Translations under genes and position numbers: made by a program
Source: Octopus sinensis
Taxonomy: Eukaryota
NCBI RefSeq assembly: GCF_006345805.1
Contig: NW_021826237.1
Coordinates: 1-41,038, forward strand
Length of the DNA stretch: 41,038 nt
Reading direction: 5' to 3'
The notes under the pieces: generated by a model
What the model was told of the DNA's origin: nothing
The model's input: only the letters and a program-made list of their open reading frames with translations
Databases searched by the model: none
Shown here: one piece after another, positions 11,819 to 24,846 of the stretch
Numbering within the stretch: the stretch's first letter is position 1
How the letters are laid out: each line of letters begins with the position of its first letter

Positions 11819-12559
11819 ATATTCTCTCCTCTGCTAGAACAAACGTTTAATTACTTTTGGCAGCGTAAAGCCATTTCCAGTCAGAACGTGTGTACCTCTT
11901 CCCATTCGCCACCCCCGCCTCTCCAGCAACACACTCTCGCTGACCCTCCACCAATGTCTGCACAACACCACACCACACAATACAACGCGACGCCATTCCG
12001 TTCGGCCACTACGCCACCATCGAAACGCATCTCTTCTTCCCATTTGCCTATCAACTACAACCCAACCACTAACCACCACAACCACCACTATTATAACACT
12101 ACAACCACCGCCGCCGCCACCGACGACGACGCCACTCCATTGCCGCCATCACCACCACCTCCACCATCGCCACCTCCGCCACCACCTCGCTGTCGCTATC
12201 GCCACCGCTTCCACCGCCTCCACAAGGACCACCGCTGTTCCCCCCGGCATCCCCTGGAACCCCCCGGCACACCACTACCACTACCACTACAACATCCACT
12301 CCATCACCACCACCACCACCAGGGCCACCGCCACCACTTTCATCATCGCCGCTACCACCACATCCACTCTCACCGCCGCCTCCCACCTCCGCTATCCCCA
12401 TCACCACCACCATCAATTACTAACTCCGTGAACACCATTTCCTCTACTGCCCTTATCCTCCCTATCTTTCCCCCACACCACCCCCAAGCGACCATCACCA
12501 CCACTACCATCACGCCACCATCACCACCACCACTACTTTCTCATCGCATGCACACATAG
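11819..12559 (+). CDS. Candidate terminal coding exon, Pro/Thr/His-rich low-complexity product (unverified)
   Basis: Long pyrimidine tract ending TTTCACAG| at 11818; phase-0 frame open to TAG 12559 (IFSPLLEQTFNYFWQRKAISSQNVCTS...). The C/A-rich composition makes stops rare, so the ORF length is weak evidence. Confidence 0.25.
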   Translation: MFSPLLEQTFNYFWQRKAISSQNVCTSSHSPPPPLQQHTLADPPPMSAQHHTTQYNATPFRSATTPPSKRISSSHLPINYNPTTNHHNHHYYNTTTTAAATDDDATPLPPSPPPPPSPPPPPPRCRYRHRFHRLHKDHRCSPRHPLEPPGTPLPLPLQHPLHHHHHHQGHRHHFHHRRYHHIHSHRRLPPPLSPSPPPSITNSVNTISSTALILPIFPPHHPQATITTTTITPPSPPPLLSHRMHT

Positions 12560-12877
12560 TGGCCATCACCATTAATCATGGAGAACGGGACTCAGTAATT
12601 GGGTCGGTTTTGAGAATAAAGAACAATAAATGTTATTACGGTGCCAAGTTTCGGATTTGGAAAGGTGGAACGAGGAAATTTCACACAATAATCCCTGCGG
12701 AACCAAAGCCCCCACCCCCTTCTGCACTCTCTCCACCTCTTCCACCACCACCCGCTCCTATCTTACATCGGTCATAGATACGCCCCCCCACCACCACCAC
12801 CACCACCACGCCCAACACCTTACTTTCACAACTTCCACGTTTTGCTAACCTCACTTTCTCTGCTGGAAATGAACACT

Positions 12878-12909
<32 letters not shown>

Positions 12910-12949
12910 TTCGCATAGACGTACAATCCCACACCTGAAATCATACATA

Positions 12950-13216
12950 CATACATACATACATACATACATACATACATACATTTATACATGCATGCAT
13001 ACATACATGCATACTTACCTACATACATACATACATATATACATACATACATACATACATACATACATACATACTTACATACATGCATGCATACATTCAT
13101 ACATACATACATACATACATGCATACATATATACATGCATACATACATACATACATACATACATACATGCATACATACGTACATACATACTTATATACAT
13201 ACATACATATATATAA

Positions 13217-13247
<31 letters not shown>

Positions 13248-13377
13248 CATACATACATACTTATATACATAGATATACACATGCATACATACATACATAC
13301 ATACATGCATACATACATACATACATATAATCATGCATGCATGCATACATACATACATACATACATACATACATACA

Positions 13378-13411
<34 letters not shown>

Positions 13412-13968
13412 CATACATACATGCATACATACACATGCATACATATAGAAAAATAAACATGCAAGTGAATACTTTCCTGCACACCTACATGCACACACAT
13501 TCATTTACATAAGATTGTGTGTTGTACGTATGCATGTATGTATGCGTTTACATATGTATAAATGTTTGTATGTAGGTATGTATGTATGCATGTATACATG
13601 CGTTTACATATACATAAATGTATGTATGTATGCATAAACATACACTAACTTGTACACGCACATAAAAGTATTCTACACACATCTACATAAAAACTTACGT
13701 AAGTGCATGCATATATACATACTTAGATACATACATACATATATGCAAACATACACACACACACATATATATATATATATTTATGTATGCATACATTCAT
13801 ATAATAGCTATATACACACATACAGGCATACATACATACATGCACTCGTAGATACACACACGTACACACACACAAACGCACACACACATACATACATACA
13901 TACATACATACATACATACAAACATACATACATACATACATACATGCATACATGCATACATACATACA

Positions 13969-14002
<34 letters not shown>

Positions 14003-14350
14003 CATGCATACATACATACATGCATACATACATACATACATACATACTTATATACATACATACATATATAAATACATACATGCATACATACATACATATA
14101 TACATACATACATACTTATATACATAGATATACACATGCATACATACATACATACATACATAATACATAGATACATACATGCATGCATGCATGCATACAT
14201 ACATACATACATAGATACATACATACATACATACATACATACATACATAACATACATACATACATACATACATACATACATACATACATACATACATACA
14301 TACATACATACATACATACATACATACATACATACATACATACATACATA
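12950..14350. repeat. Long degenerate (ATAC)n array
   Basis: Direct tandem run; source of the HTYI/MYVC ORFs. Confidence 0.95.
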
Positions 14351-14578
14351 CACACACGTATGCGTTTTCAGTATTTTTTCTTCTTTGCATTTTCCTTCTT
14401 TCACACTTCTTCAAGTTTCATTTTCCACCAATCTTTATTCTTTATTCTCTCCTCCCTTTCCATTTTCTTTAATCTTCATCTTCCTTTCCTTAACATTATC
14501 CTTTTTTCTCACCCCTTTTCCTTATTCACACAAACACACACGCACACACACACACACACATCAATAATTATATTCACT

Positions 14579-14795
14579 AAAGCGGCGAGCTAGCAGAAAC
14601 GTTAGCACGCCGGGCGAAATGCTTAACGGTAGTTCTTCTGCCTTTATGTTCTGAGTTCAAATTCCGCCGAGGTCGACTTTGCCTTTCATCCTTTCGGGGT
14701 CGATAAATTAAATACCAGTTGCGTACTGGGGTCGATCTAATCAACTGGCCCCTCCCCCAAAATTTCTGGCCTTGTGCCTTGAATAGAAAATAATA
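14579..14795 (+). mobile_element. SINE family A, near full length
   Basis: GCGGCGAGCTAGCAGAAACGTTAGCACGCCGGGCGAAATG...core...GGCCTTGTGCC tail. Confidence 0.9.
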
Positions 14796-15094
14796 TGTTT
14801 CATTCACTTCATCTCTTTCAAAATCAATCATTTATCAAAAACATCATCACTATCAAGCTCTCCATTCGTCCTCCTCTTCTTCAATTTCTTCTTCCCCACC
14901 TCTTTTTCTTCTGCTCCTTCTCCTCGTGCTCCCTCTTTTTGCCTTCTTCCCTACCTCTTCTATCCCTATACTTCTATACTTATCAATTGCCTTCTACTTT
15001 CCCCAATATCTTTCATCTTCGTTCTTACATATTCCTTCATTCGTTCTTCCTTTAATTTTTTTCTTTCATATATTTACTTCAGCTACTCTTTTCT

Positions 15095-15205
15095 TTGTCG
15101 TCTTCATCATCATCATCATCATTATCGTCGTCGTCATCATCATCATCCTCATCATCATCATCATTATCTTCGTCGTCATCATCCTCATCATCATTATCGT
15201 CGTCG

Positions 15206-15236
<31 letters not shown>

Positions 15237-15685
15237 TATCTTCGGCGTCATCATCATCATCATCATTATCGTCGTCGTCATCATCATCAACATTATCGTC
15301 GTCGTCGTCATCATCATCATCATTATCTTCGTCGTCATCATCATCATCATCATCATCATTATCGTCGTCATCATCATCATCATCATTATCGTCGTCGTCA
15401 TCATCATTATCATCATTATCTTCGTCGTCATCATCATCATCATCATTATCGTCGTCGTCATCATCATCATCATCATCATTATCTTCGTCGTCATCATCAT
15501 CATTATCGTCGTCGTCATCATCATCATCATTATCGTCGTCGTCATCATCATCATCATTATCGTCGTTGTCGTCATCATCATCATCATCATTATCTTCGTC
15601 GTCATCATCAACATTATCGTCGTCGTCATCATCATCATCATCATCATTATCGTCGTCATCATCATCATCATCATTATCGTCGTCG

Positions 15686-15734
<49 letters not shown>

Positions 15735-15775
15735 TATCATCATCATCATCATCATCATTATCGTCATCGTCATCA
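15095..15775. repeat. Compound (ATC/GTC/ATT)n array with higher-order units
   Basis: Alternating ATTATCTTCGTCGTC(ATC)n and ATTATCGTCGTCGTC(ATC)n blocks. Confidence 0.95.
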
Positions 15776-16278
15776 TGTACAGATTGAAAAGTATTATTAA
15801 CCAGGACAAGCGAAAAGGTCATCCCGATGTAGCTTGTTTGTCTGTAACCCGAGACAAAGGCTGCAACATTGGCCTACAATTCGGTCCAGAGATATATATC
15901 AGCCGACAAAACAATACGCGGTTGGTTAAAGTAAGGGGACGGAAGAATTATTGCACCTCATTGGCTGCATGAGAAATACCAGGGTGCAGTGGGTGGGGGT
16001 AGGGGGTTTGAAGGTCGGGGGTGTTGAGGTTTGGGCTGTAAAGTGGAGAATAAAGCTAATATGGATGGGTGGAAAACGCGTTTTATTCCTATGGGCAAAG
16101 GTATGAATGACAGACCAGAGGTTTTCATGGGAAAGACTTAATTTCTAGATGACCAGATTTGCTTTCGAAGAGATCATTGATAAATGTGTGTCCGTCTGTC
16201 TGACTGGAAAGTCTCATTATTTATAGGTCTGATATATTGTGTCCATCTCAATGATACATACATACATACATACATACA

Positions 16279-16314
<36 letters not shown>

Positions 16315-16322
16315 TATATATG

Positions 16323-16357
<35 letters not shown>

Positions 16358-16371
16358 CGGTGGAGTTAGAT

Positions 16372-16374
16372 AAG

Positions 16375-16418
<44 letters not shown>

Positions 16419-16440
16419 CAGATAGATAGATAGACAGACG

Positions 16441-16488
<48 letters not shown>

Positions 16489-16548
16489 TATATATAGATA
16501 GATAGATAGATATATAGATAGATAGATAGATAGATAGATAGACAGACG

Positions 16549-16594
<46 letters not shown>

Positions 16595-16616
16595 CAGATA
16601 GATAGATAGACAGACG

Positions 16617-16667
<51 letters not shown>
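16372..16667. repeat. (GATA/GACA)n array
   Basis: Direct tandem run. Confidence 0.95.
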
Positions 16668-16699
16668 GTTTGCATTTGTATTTGTGTAACGTTTCTCCG

Positions 16700-16871
16700 G
16701 ATTAAGACGAATACATCGACCCAGTGCGTAACTGATACTTAATTTATCGACCCCGAAAGGATGAAAGGCAAAGTCGACCTCGGCAGAATTTGAACTCAGA
16801 ACGTAACGGCATACGAAATACGGCTACGCATTTCGCCCGGCGTGCTAACGTTTCTGCCAGCTCGCCGCCTT
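16700..16871 (-). mobile_element. SINE family A
   Basis: Reverse complement of the family A head and core. Confidence 0.9.
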
Positions 16872-17028
16872 AATTCAAATTTATATTATTGAACATATTC
16901 TGTGAATGAAATTATTTAGTGTTGTGAATTATATACGGAGATTTTCCATGTCAATCTTCCCACCACCCAAATTATTTTTATGAACTCAATCATTTAATAA
17001 TTATTTTTTAATATAGAGACAAAGTAAG

Positions 17029-17195
17029 AGAATCGTTAGCACGCCGGGCAAAGCGCTTAGCAGCATTTCGTCCGTGTATACGTTCTGAATTCAAATTCTG
17101 CCGAGGTCGAATTTGCCCTTCATTCTTTCGGGGTCGTTAAAATAAGTAGCAGATGAACACTGACTGGATGTAAACCGGCTTATCCCTACCTCGAA
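17029..17195 (+). mobile_element. SINE family A, degenerate
   Basis: AATCGTTAGCACGCCGGGC...GCCGAGGTCGAATTTGCCC. Confidence 0.85.
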
Positions 17196-17229
17196 ATCGC
17201 TGAGTTTGCATTGTGCTGATATGAAATCG

Positions 17230-17405
17230 ATAAAGGGACAAGGCCTAAAATTTTAGGTGGGGGTTAGTTGATAATATCGATCCCAGTGCTCAACCGGTAC
17301 TTATTTTAAATACCCCGAAAGGATGAAAGATAAAGCCGATCTGTACGGAATTTGAAATCAAGTCGTAAAGCCGGATGAAATGCCGCTAAGCATTTTGTCC
17401 GGTAT
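17230..17405 (-). mobile_element. SINE family A, degenerate
   Basis: CCCCGAAAGGATGAAAGATAAAG...GAAATGCCGCTAAGCATTTT. Confidence 0.8.
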
Positions 17406-17530
17406 TCTCCCGATCCAACAAACCTTGCACTTTCATTTTATAATAATTAGGATTTAAAAGATACTGCACATTTATAATGACAAAGATTTTGACAAATATT
17501 CGTAAATCAATAATGAAATTAAAATTCATA

Positions 17531-17745
17531 GGCGTAGGAGTGGCTTTGTGGTAAGTAGCTTGCTTATAAATCACATTGTTCCGGGTTCAGTCACACTGCG
17601 TGGCACCTTGGGCAAGTATTTTCAACTATAGCCTCGGGCCGACCAAAGCCTTGTGAGTGGATTCAGTAGAGAGAAAATGAAAGAAGCCCGTCGTATATAT
17701 GTGTGTGTATATATATATATATTATATATATATGGTGTGTGTGTA

Positions 17746-17776
<31 letters not shown>

Positions 17777-18030
17777 GTATATATATATATATATATATTA
17801 TATAATATATATATATATGTGTGTGTGGTGTAAATAAGTTTGTGTGTCTGTGCTTGTCCCCTCAACATCGCTTGACAACGATGCTGGTGTATTTACGTCC
17901 CCGTATCTTAGCGGTTCGGCAAAAAGGACCGATAGAATAAGTCCTGGTGTCGATTTGCTCGAGTAAAGGCGGTGCTCCAGCATGGCTAGAGTCAAATGAC
18001 TGAAACAAGTAAAAAAGTTAAGAGTAAAGA
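17531..18030 (+). mobile_element. SINE family B, full length with internal (TA/TG)n
   Basis: tRNA-like head GGCGTAGGAGTGGCTTTGTGGTAAG...CCGGGTTCAGTC, central CACCTTGGGCAAG, 3' GGCGGTGCTCCAGCATGGC tail. Confidence 0.9.
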
Positions 18031-18452
18031 GTATTCACCATTAAGGTTTATTTAATTAAGATTTAAACATAATGAATATTTATTCCAGCTTTGACTTTTA
18101 CAGTTTTACTTCCTACAAATTATTGAAGTAATTACACTAAACGGTAATCTTTAATCTTTATTCCAAAAAATATCATATATCAAATTATTTGAATATATAG
18201 TAATTTAACAAGATTAAATCTAAAATAAAATTTACCAACCTTTGTGACCCAAACGCACAATTTTTATTATTATGAAATTAGATTATGTGATATTTACAAC
18301 ATATTTAAATGGTGTTGTGAATTAAATCAAATGATTTTAAAAGGCCGAAAATAAATACAAAGTTGATTAAAAATCTGGGATTTTCAAAATGTGGAAACGG
18401 TTTTAGGGAAAAGGTCATCCAAAGATGAAAGCATTCAACGTATTTCCATCTT

Positions 18453-18552
<100 letters not shown>

Positions 18553-18643
18553 CTTATCTAACTCCACCGCTCTCTCTTACTTTCTCTCTCTCTCTTCCAC
18601 TATCCTTTTTTTCTCCATATATAATCTATTTATTCTTTTATTT

Positions 18644-18923
18644 GCTTCAGTCATTTGGGCGTAAACACATGAACATCGGTTGTCAAGCGATGGTGGTGGG
18701 TACGCACACACACACACACACACAGACATACACGCACATATATGTATATATATATATATATATATACATATATACAACGAGCTTCTTTCAGCTTCCGTCT
18801 ACCAAAACCACTCACAAGATTTTTGGTCGGCCCGCGGCTATAGTACAAGACACTTTCCAAGGGACTGAACCCGGAAACTATGTGGCTGGTAAGCAAGCTA
18901 CTTACAACACAGCCACTCCTGCG
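18644..18923 (-). mobile_element. SINE family B, internally deleted
   Basis: Reverse complement of the head (ACACAGCCACTCCTGCG) and the middle. Confidence 0.85.
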
Positions 18924-18946
18924 ATATATATATATATATATATATA

Positions 18947-18984
<38 letters not shown>

Positions 18985-19034
18985 CATACCAGTATTAACA
19001 GAATGCAATATGCAGAGGAAGAGCACACGGAGAG

Positions 19035-19079
19035 TGTTGCTGAGGAGGTCACAGATGTGTGACGAAAGATTTCCTGACA
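19035..19079 (+). ncRNA. Type I hammerhead-like motif with imperfect stems I and III
   Basis: TGTTG-CTGAGGA-G-GTCACA(GATG)TGTGAC-GAAA-GATTTC|CTGACA: intact core and 6-bp stem II; the sequence runs into (TA)n about 85 bp downstream. Confidence 0.5.
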
Positions 19080-19165
19080 ATGAATATGAATTAGAATAAT
19101 AACAGTAAAAACCGGGTGAAGAACCAATATATTGAGCGTGTGTTTATTTTACAAATTAATTCGAA

Positions 19166-19186
19166 TACATATATATATGCATATAT

Positions 19187-19234
<48 letters not shown>

Positions 19235-19261
19235 TATATATAAGATGTATATATATATGCA

Positions 19262-19296
<35 letters not shown>

Positions 19297-19516
19297 CATA
19301 CATATATAGATGTATATATATATGCATATATATATGTAATATATATATATATGTATATGTGTGTGTGTATGTACATATATATATATATATAAACATATAT
19401 ATATGTGTGTGTGTGTGTGTCTGCAAAATGTTTGTGTATACGAGTATTTATGTGTACACATAAGTAACATTATACATACATATTAAGCATGTTTTCGCAT
19501 GGAGTGTGGATATGTG

Positions 19517-19602
<86 letters not shown>

Positions 19603-19922
19603 AAATACATATGTGTGTATGTATACAAATACATACATACATATATTCATATACATACACTTACGGTTATCTATGTATATATATATATATATATGTATGT
19701 ATATATAAGATATAAACACACACATGTGTCTATGTATGTATGTATGTATGTATGTATGTTTGTATGTTTGTATGTATGTATGTTTGTATGTTTGTACGTA
19801 TGCATGTATGCCTCATTTATACTTTTACTTCGCTCTGTCATTTAATTGTACCCTTGCAGGTGCACAATCTTTGTGCGTATATGTGTGTTTCTCTGAGTGT
19901 GTACGTATGAATGTGTGTGTGT

Positions 19923-19978
<56 letters not shown>

Positions 19979-19980
19979 TA
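19166..19980. repeat. Compound (TA)n/(TG)n/(TATG)n microsatellites
   Basis: Direct tandem runs. Confidence 0.9.
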
Positions 19981-20489
19981 ATGCGCACATGCATGGGTGC
20001 GAATGATTTTGCACACACTTGCGCCCATGTCTCTTCAAGGAAATGTAAATTCATACAGTTGTGAGATGATGCTTGTTCGATTGTAAAAACAGAAAAGCGA
20101 AAAGAAAAATACAATTTTAATCTCACCGTATCTTTATTTCTTCTTTTAGTAAAATTTGAATTGCAAGACCTCACATTTATAAATCACACTAAATTCCTAT
20201 ATTTCTCATTTTAATCTATTTCCGAGTATAAGCTTGCAACCAATGTTGATATATCACTTCAATAAACTATGTAATGAGAAAAAAATATTTGTAAAGTAGT
20301 CGGAGGAAAACAAACCAATTACAGAGATTTTATGATTTTTTTGGTTTGCGGCAAAATTAATTACGGGCTTTTGGTAGGGTTTTAATTATCTTTTGTTAAT
20401 TTTAATTAATTTTAAAGTTGCCGATATTTGTGTTGATTGCTAAGTTTCACCTGTACACTAATATGAAAATGTCTGTATGTGTTTTGTTT

Positions 20490-20634
20490 ATGTGTGTGTG
20501 TGTGTGTGTATATATACATACATGAATATATATCATATATAAATATTATATATAAATAATATATATAAATAATATATATTATATATATATATATAAAAAA
20601 AAAATATATATATGTTGTATATATATATGTTATA

Positions 20635-20692
<58 letters not shown>

Positions 20693-20830
20693 TATATATG
20701 ATATATATATATTATATATATATATATTTTTATATATATATATAGTATTTATAAATATATGAATGCAAGTGTTTGTTATATATGTATATGCATAATATAT
20801 ATGTATGGATATTTGTATGTGTGTGGTGTA
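20490..20830. repeat. Degenerate (TA)n array
   Basis: Direct tandem run. Confidence 0.9.
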
Positions 20831-21202
20831 CACCTACGTATGTACACATGTAATTTATGTGTGCAGGTGAGTCTGTGTGTCTGTGCGTGGTGTGTGTATA
20901 CATGTGTGCGTGTTCCGTCTAGTTTGAAGTAACTGTACTAACTCAATCCTGAATTTAATAAGATACGCAATTCCAAAATTGGGAAAATATTTTTCGTACA
21001 TAAATTAAAATTCTAATTAGACTAAGTTGTAGAAGTAAATAACTAAATAAACGGATGTATACACAAATAATGATTTGTTTCCATTAAATCATTGAAATTA
21101 ATTGACGATTGTTCGTTTAAGAAATTAGAGAATGTGGTAGTAATTAAAGAAAAATCGAATAAAATTTAGATGAACTAAATGTATAGCAAACAAAAAACAG
21201 TA

Positions 21203-21363
21203 GGCGCAGGAGTGGCTGTGTGGTAAGTAGCTTGTTTACCAGCCACATGGTTCCGGGTTCAGTCCCACTGCGTGGCATCTTGGGCAAGTGTCTTCTACTA
21301 TAGCCTCGGGCCGACCAAAGCCGTGTGAGTGGATTTAGTAGACGGAAACTGAAAGAAGCCCGT

Positions 21364-21401
<38 letters not shown>

Positions 21402-21625
21402 AGTGTGTGTTTGTGTGTCTGTGTTTGTCCCCCTAGCATTGCTTGACAACCGATGCTGGCGTGTTTATGTCCCCGTTACTTAGCGGTTCGGCAATAGAGA
21501 CCGATAGAATAAGTACTGGGCTTACAAAAGAATAAGTGCCGGGCTCGAGTTGCTCGATTAAAGGCGGTGCTCCAGCACGGCCGCAGTCAAATGACTGAAA
21601 CAAGTAAAAGAGAGAGAGTAAAGAG
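21203..21625 (+). mobile_element. SINE family B, full length
   Basis: GGCGCAGGAGTGGCTGTGTGGTAAG head with A/B-box-like motifs, through GCAGTCAAATGACTGAAACAAG. Confidence 0.92.
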
Positions 21626-21769
21626 TAACATGTGTAATTAATAAAGAAAGCTACAGCCATAGAAATACGACCAGAGGACGAATGTCGTAGGGAAAGCAAA
21701 GAAAAATACTAAGATATACATATACTGGACAAAATAAGTTTAAAACCGATGATGACAGTGCTTTTCTAC

Positions 21770-21978
21770 TCTAGAAACAAGGCCCGAAATTTGGGGGTGG
21801 GGAGAAGGCTAGTCGATTAAATTGACCCCAGTACGCAACTGGTATTTAATTTATCGACGCCGAAAGGATGAAAGGCAAAGTTGATCTCGGCGGAATTTGA
21901 ACTCAGATCGTAAAGACAGACGAAATAGCGCTAAGCATTTTGCCCGGCGTGCTAACGTTTCAGCCAGCTCGCCGCCTT
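21770..21978 (-). mobile_element. SINE family A
   Basis: Reverse complement, ending ...CCAGCTCGCCGCC. Confidence 0.9.
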
Positions 21979-22010
21979 CCGATGATAATAGTTCTTTTCA
22001 TTCATTAATA

Positions 22011-22037
22011 TTGGGTTGGCAACCAAGTTCCCGCTGT

Positions 22038-22076
<39 letters not shown>

Positions 22077-22850
22077 AGAATTTATTGCGTTTTTACATTT
22101 TAGAATCTTTTTTTTTTTCGAGAATTCTATTTTTGAATCATTTTGGAGGTTTTTTCCCCTAGTTAATTTGAGTTAATTTTTGTTTATTTTCAGATCATTA
22201 AAATAGAATGTTAAGTTAAGAGAAACGAGCATTTTCGATACCTCCTTCTCCTTGCTTTTAATCAAGGTTCTAAGTCCGCAAAAGCTGCTCGCGATATTTA
22301 TGCTGTGTATGGAGAGGTGCCATAGCTGAAAGAACCGCTCGTGATTGGTATGCCAAGTTCAAAGATGGAAATTTTTACCTCGAAGACGCACCTCGTTCTT
22401 GCCGACCAGTTGAGTCCAGAAGAGTGATTAAACCAACTTTTGCACGTAAATTCTCGTCAAACGATAAGGGAACTAGCAGAGAAAATGGAATGCTCCCACA
22501 CTGCTATAGGGAAGCATCTTCGCTCGATGGGAAAGGTTCAGAAGTATGGAGCATGCTTTAAGTAACAACAACAAAAACCAACGAGCCACAGTCTCCGTTG
22601 GTTTGCTTGCCCGTCACCGTGCAGCTCATGGACACAAGCAACGATTTCTTTAACGAATCGTTACTGGCGACGAAAAATGATGCCTGTACATCAATATGAA
22701 GCAGCGTAAGGAAAAGCTTAGCCCCGGTAAACAAATGACAGTCCGTGAAACAAGGTCTTCATCCGCGTAAAACGATGTTGTGCGTATTGTGGGACTAGGA
22801 AGGGATTATCCATTACGAATTGCTTGAACGAAACCAAGCGATCAACGCGG
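22011..22850 (+). mobile_element. Decayed, 3'-truncated mariner (Tc1/mariner) transposon
   Basis: TA + 5' TIR TTGGGTTGGCAACCAAGTT. The pseudogene from about 22203 reads EHFRYLLLLAFNQGSKSAKAARDIYAVYGE..AIAERTARDWYAKFKDGNFYLEDAPRSCRP...RIVTGDEK*CLYIN...LHPRKTMLCVLWD*EGIIHYELLERNQAINA, covering the HTH and the first catalytic D, with stops and frameshifts. Confidence 0.92.
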
Positions 22851-22950
22851 GATCCAATAAAGTAAAAGCGGAATCAAAGGGCTCATAGGTAAAAAATGGT
22901 TTAGAACCACTCTTCTATACTTTTTCAACTATCTTGAAGGCATCGAAATT

Positions 22951-23183
22951 GTATGGAGCGGTAATAAGAAAAAGGAGAGATAAAGGAGTTAATGATTATA
23001 TTATGAACTTCATTAGCTTACCTGCACCTCATAGCCGATGTTCCGATGAAGCTATAAGACGTTATTCAGGCACTCAACTACGAGTCAATTGCATCTTATA
23101 GCGGAAACAGTTGTAAGCTAATGAAGTTCATAAGATAATCATTTATTCCTTTGTTATCTCTTTTTCATATTTCAGCTCTATAC
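22951..23183. mobile_element. Foldback element with a hammerhead-like centre
   Basis: Arms 22951-23020 and 23114-23183 are inverted; inner GCTATAAGA/TCTTATAGC stem flanked by CCGATGAA and GAAAC-AGTT-GTA. Confidence 0.65.
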
Positions 23184-23209
23184 ACAGTTCTAAATACATT
23201 TATACTTTC

Positions 23210-23414
23210 TTTTACTCTTTTTTACTTTCAGTCATTTGACTGCGGCCATGCTGGAACACCACCTTTAGTCGAACAAATCGATCCTAGGACTTATTCTTTG
23301 TAAACCTAGTACTTATTCTGTCGGTCTCTTTTGCCGAACCGCTAATTTACGGGGACGTAAACACACCAGCATCGGTTGTCAAGCGATGTCGGTGAGACAA
23401 ACACAGACACACAA

Positions 23415-23461
<47 letters not shown>

Positions 23462-23648
23462 TATATATATATACACATATATACGACGGGCTCCTTTCAG
23501 TTTCCGTCTACCAAATCCACTCACAAGGCTTTGGTCGGCCCGAAGCTATAATAGAAGTCACTTGCCCAAGGTGCCACCCAGTGGGACTGAACCCGGAACC
23601 ATGTGATTGGTAAGCAAGCTACTTGCCACACAGCCAGTCCTACGCCTA
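23210..23648 (-). mobile_element. SINE family B, full length
   Basis: Reverse complement of the 21203-21625 family. Confidence 0.92.
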
Positions 23649-24197
23649 CATTTATACATTATCTAAATATAATCTTACGCACTTCATTACATTATATATA
23701 CATAATATAGCAAGAAAATAAAACGGTGTAAGCGTGTATAGTCATCCATAATAATGCATACGAAGAGGGACATTTTGTAAAAGGTGGACGAATACATTGA
23801 TTGGGCGTTTGTATAAATGATAGAAATGGCAGCTGATCGTTGGAGTCAATTAAAAATGGCCGTCCATCATAGGACACAGGTCTCTAGACACGAAAGAATC
23901 TTGGCACGAAGGAAATGACTGGAAATAGAGTTGGCCATTGCTATCATGTATAACAATTAATAATTGCCTGTCAGAGAAAAATCCACATAATTTGAATAAT
24001 ATAGAGAGAAAGGGTGGGTGTTTTTGAAGATGTTATATTAAGAAGCGAGCGATAGCAAGCACTGCATACATACATAATACATATGTGCCTATATGCATAT
24101 ACACGTGTGTCTGACTGTGTACCGCAGCATATATACGTATATGAAAATGACTATACATGTGTGTGTGCCTGAGTGCTCCTGCGTTTATATATGTATG

Positions 24198-24231
<34 letters not shown>

Positions 24232-24498
24232 TGTATGTATGTATGTATGTATGCATATATATGTATATACATACATTCATACATACATACATATGTACGT
24301 ACATGCATACATACATACATACACAGAGACAGGCACATCCACTTATATACGCACATAATTCCATATCTCAGAATATGTGTGTATGTGAGCGCGCGTGTGC
24401 TTACGTCTGTGTGTGTGTATTCATGTCCCTGTGTCTGTGTATGTGCTTACGTGTGGGTGGAGGGGTACATATATATATTAGATATATGTGTGTGTGTG

Positions 24499-24533
<35 letters not shown>

Positions 24534-24813
24534 GCAGTAAATCTTCAACAAGGCGCTCTATAGAGCGTTAGTGGTGTGGAAGAGCGATGATAATATATAT
24601 ATATATATATAATATATATATATACATACATAACACTTTGGGGTATACTTAAGTATGAATGTATACACGGTGTGTGTGCTTGCGTGCGTGTGAGCCTGGT
24701 TATGTCGTGCTGGCAAGCACACACAGGTTCTCATAAATATACGATTATTGGTGATGTGTCTGTATGCTTATATGTGCGCAATATGCACGCTTTCGTGCGT
24801 ATGTGCGTGTGGG

Positions 24814-24846
<33 letters not shown>

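Noticed and set aside
11819-11870. SP...Q.....WQ spacing reminiscent of myotubularin
   Set aside because: Only 5 of 13 identities and the adjacent conserved residues are missing; likely chance.
15982-16021. G-tract cluster (potential G-quadruplex)
   Set aside because: The motif is present, but there is no context indicating function and it is common by chance.
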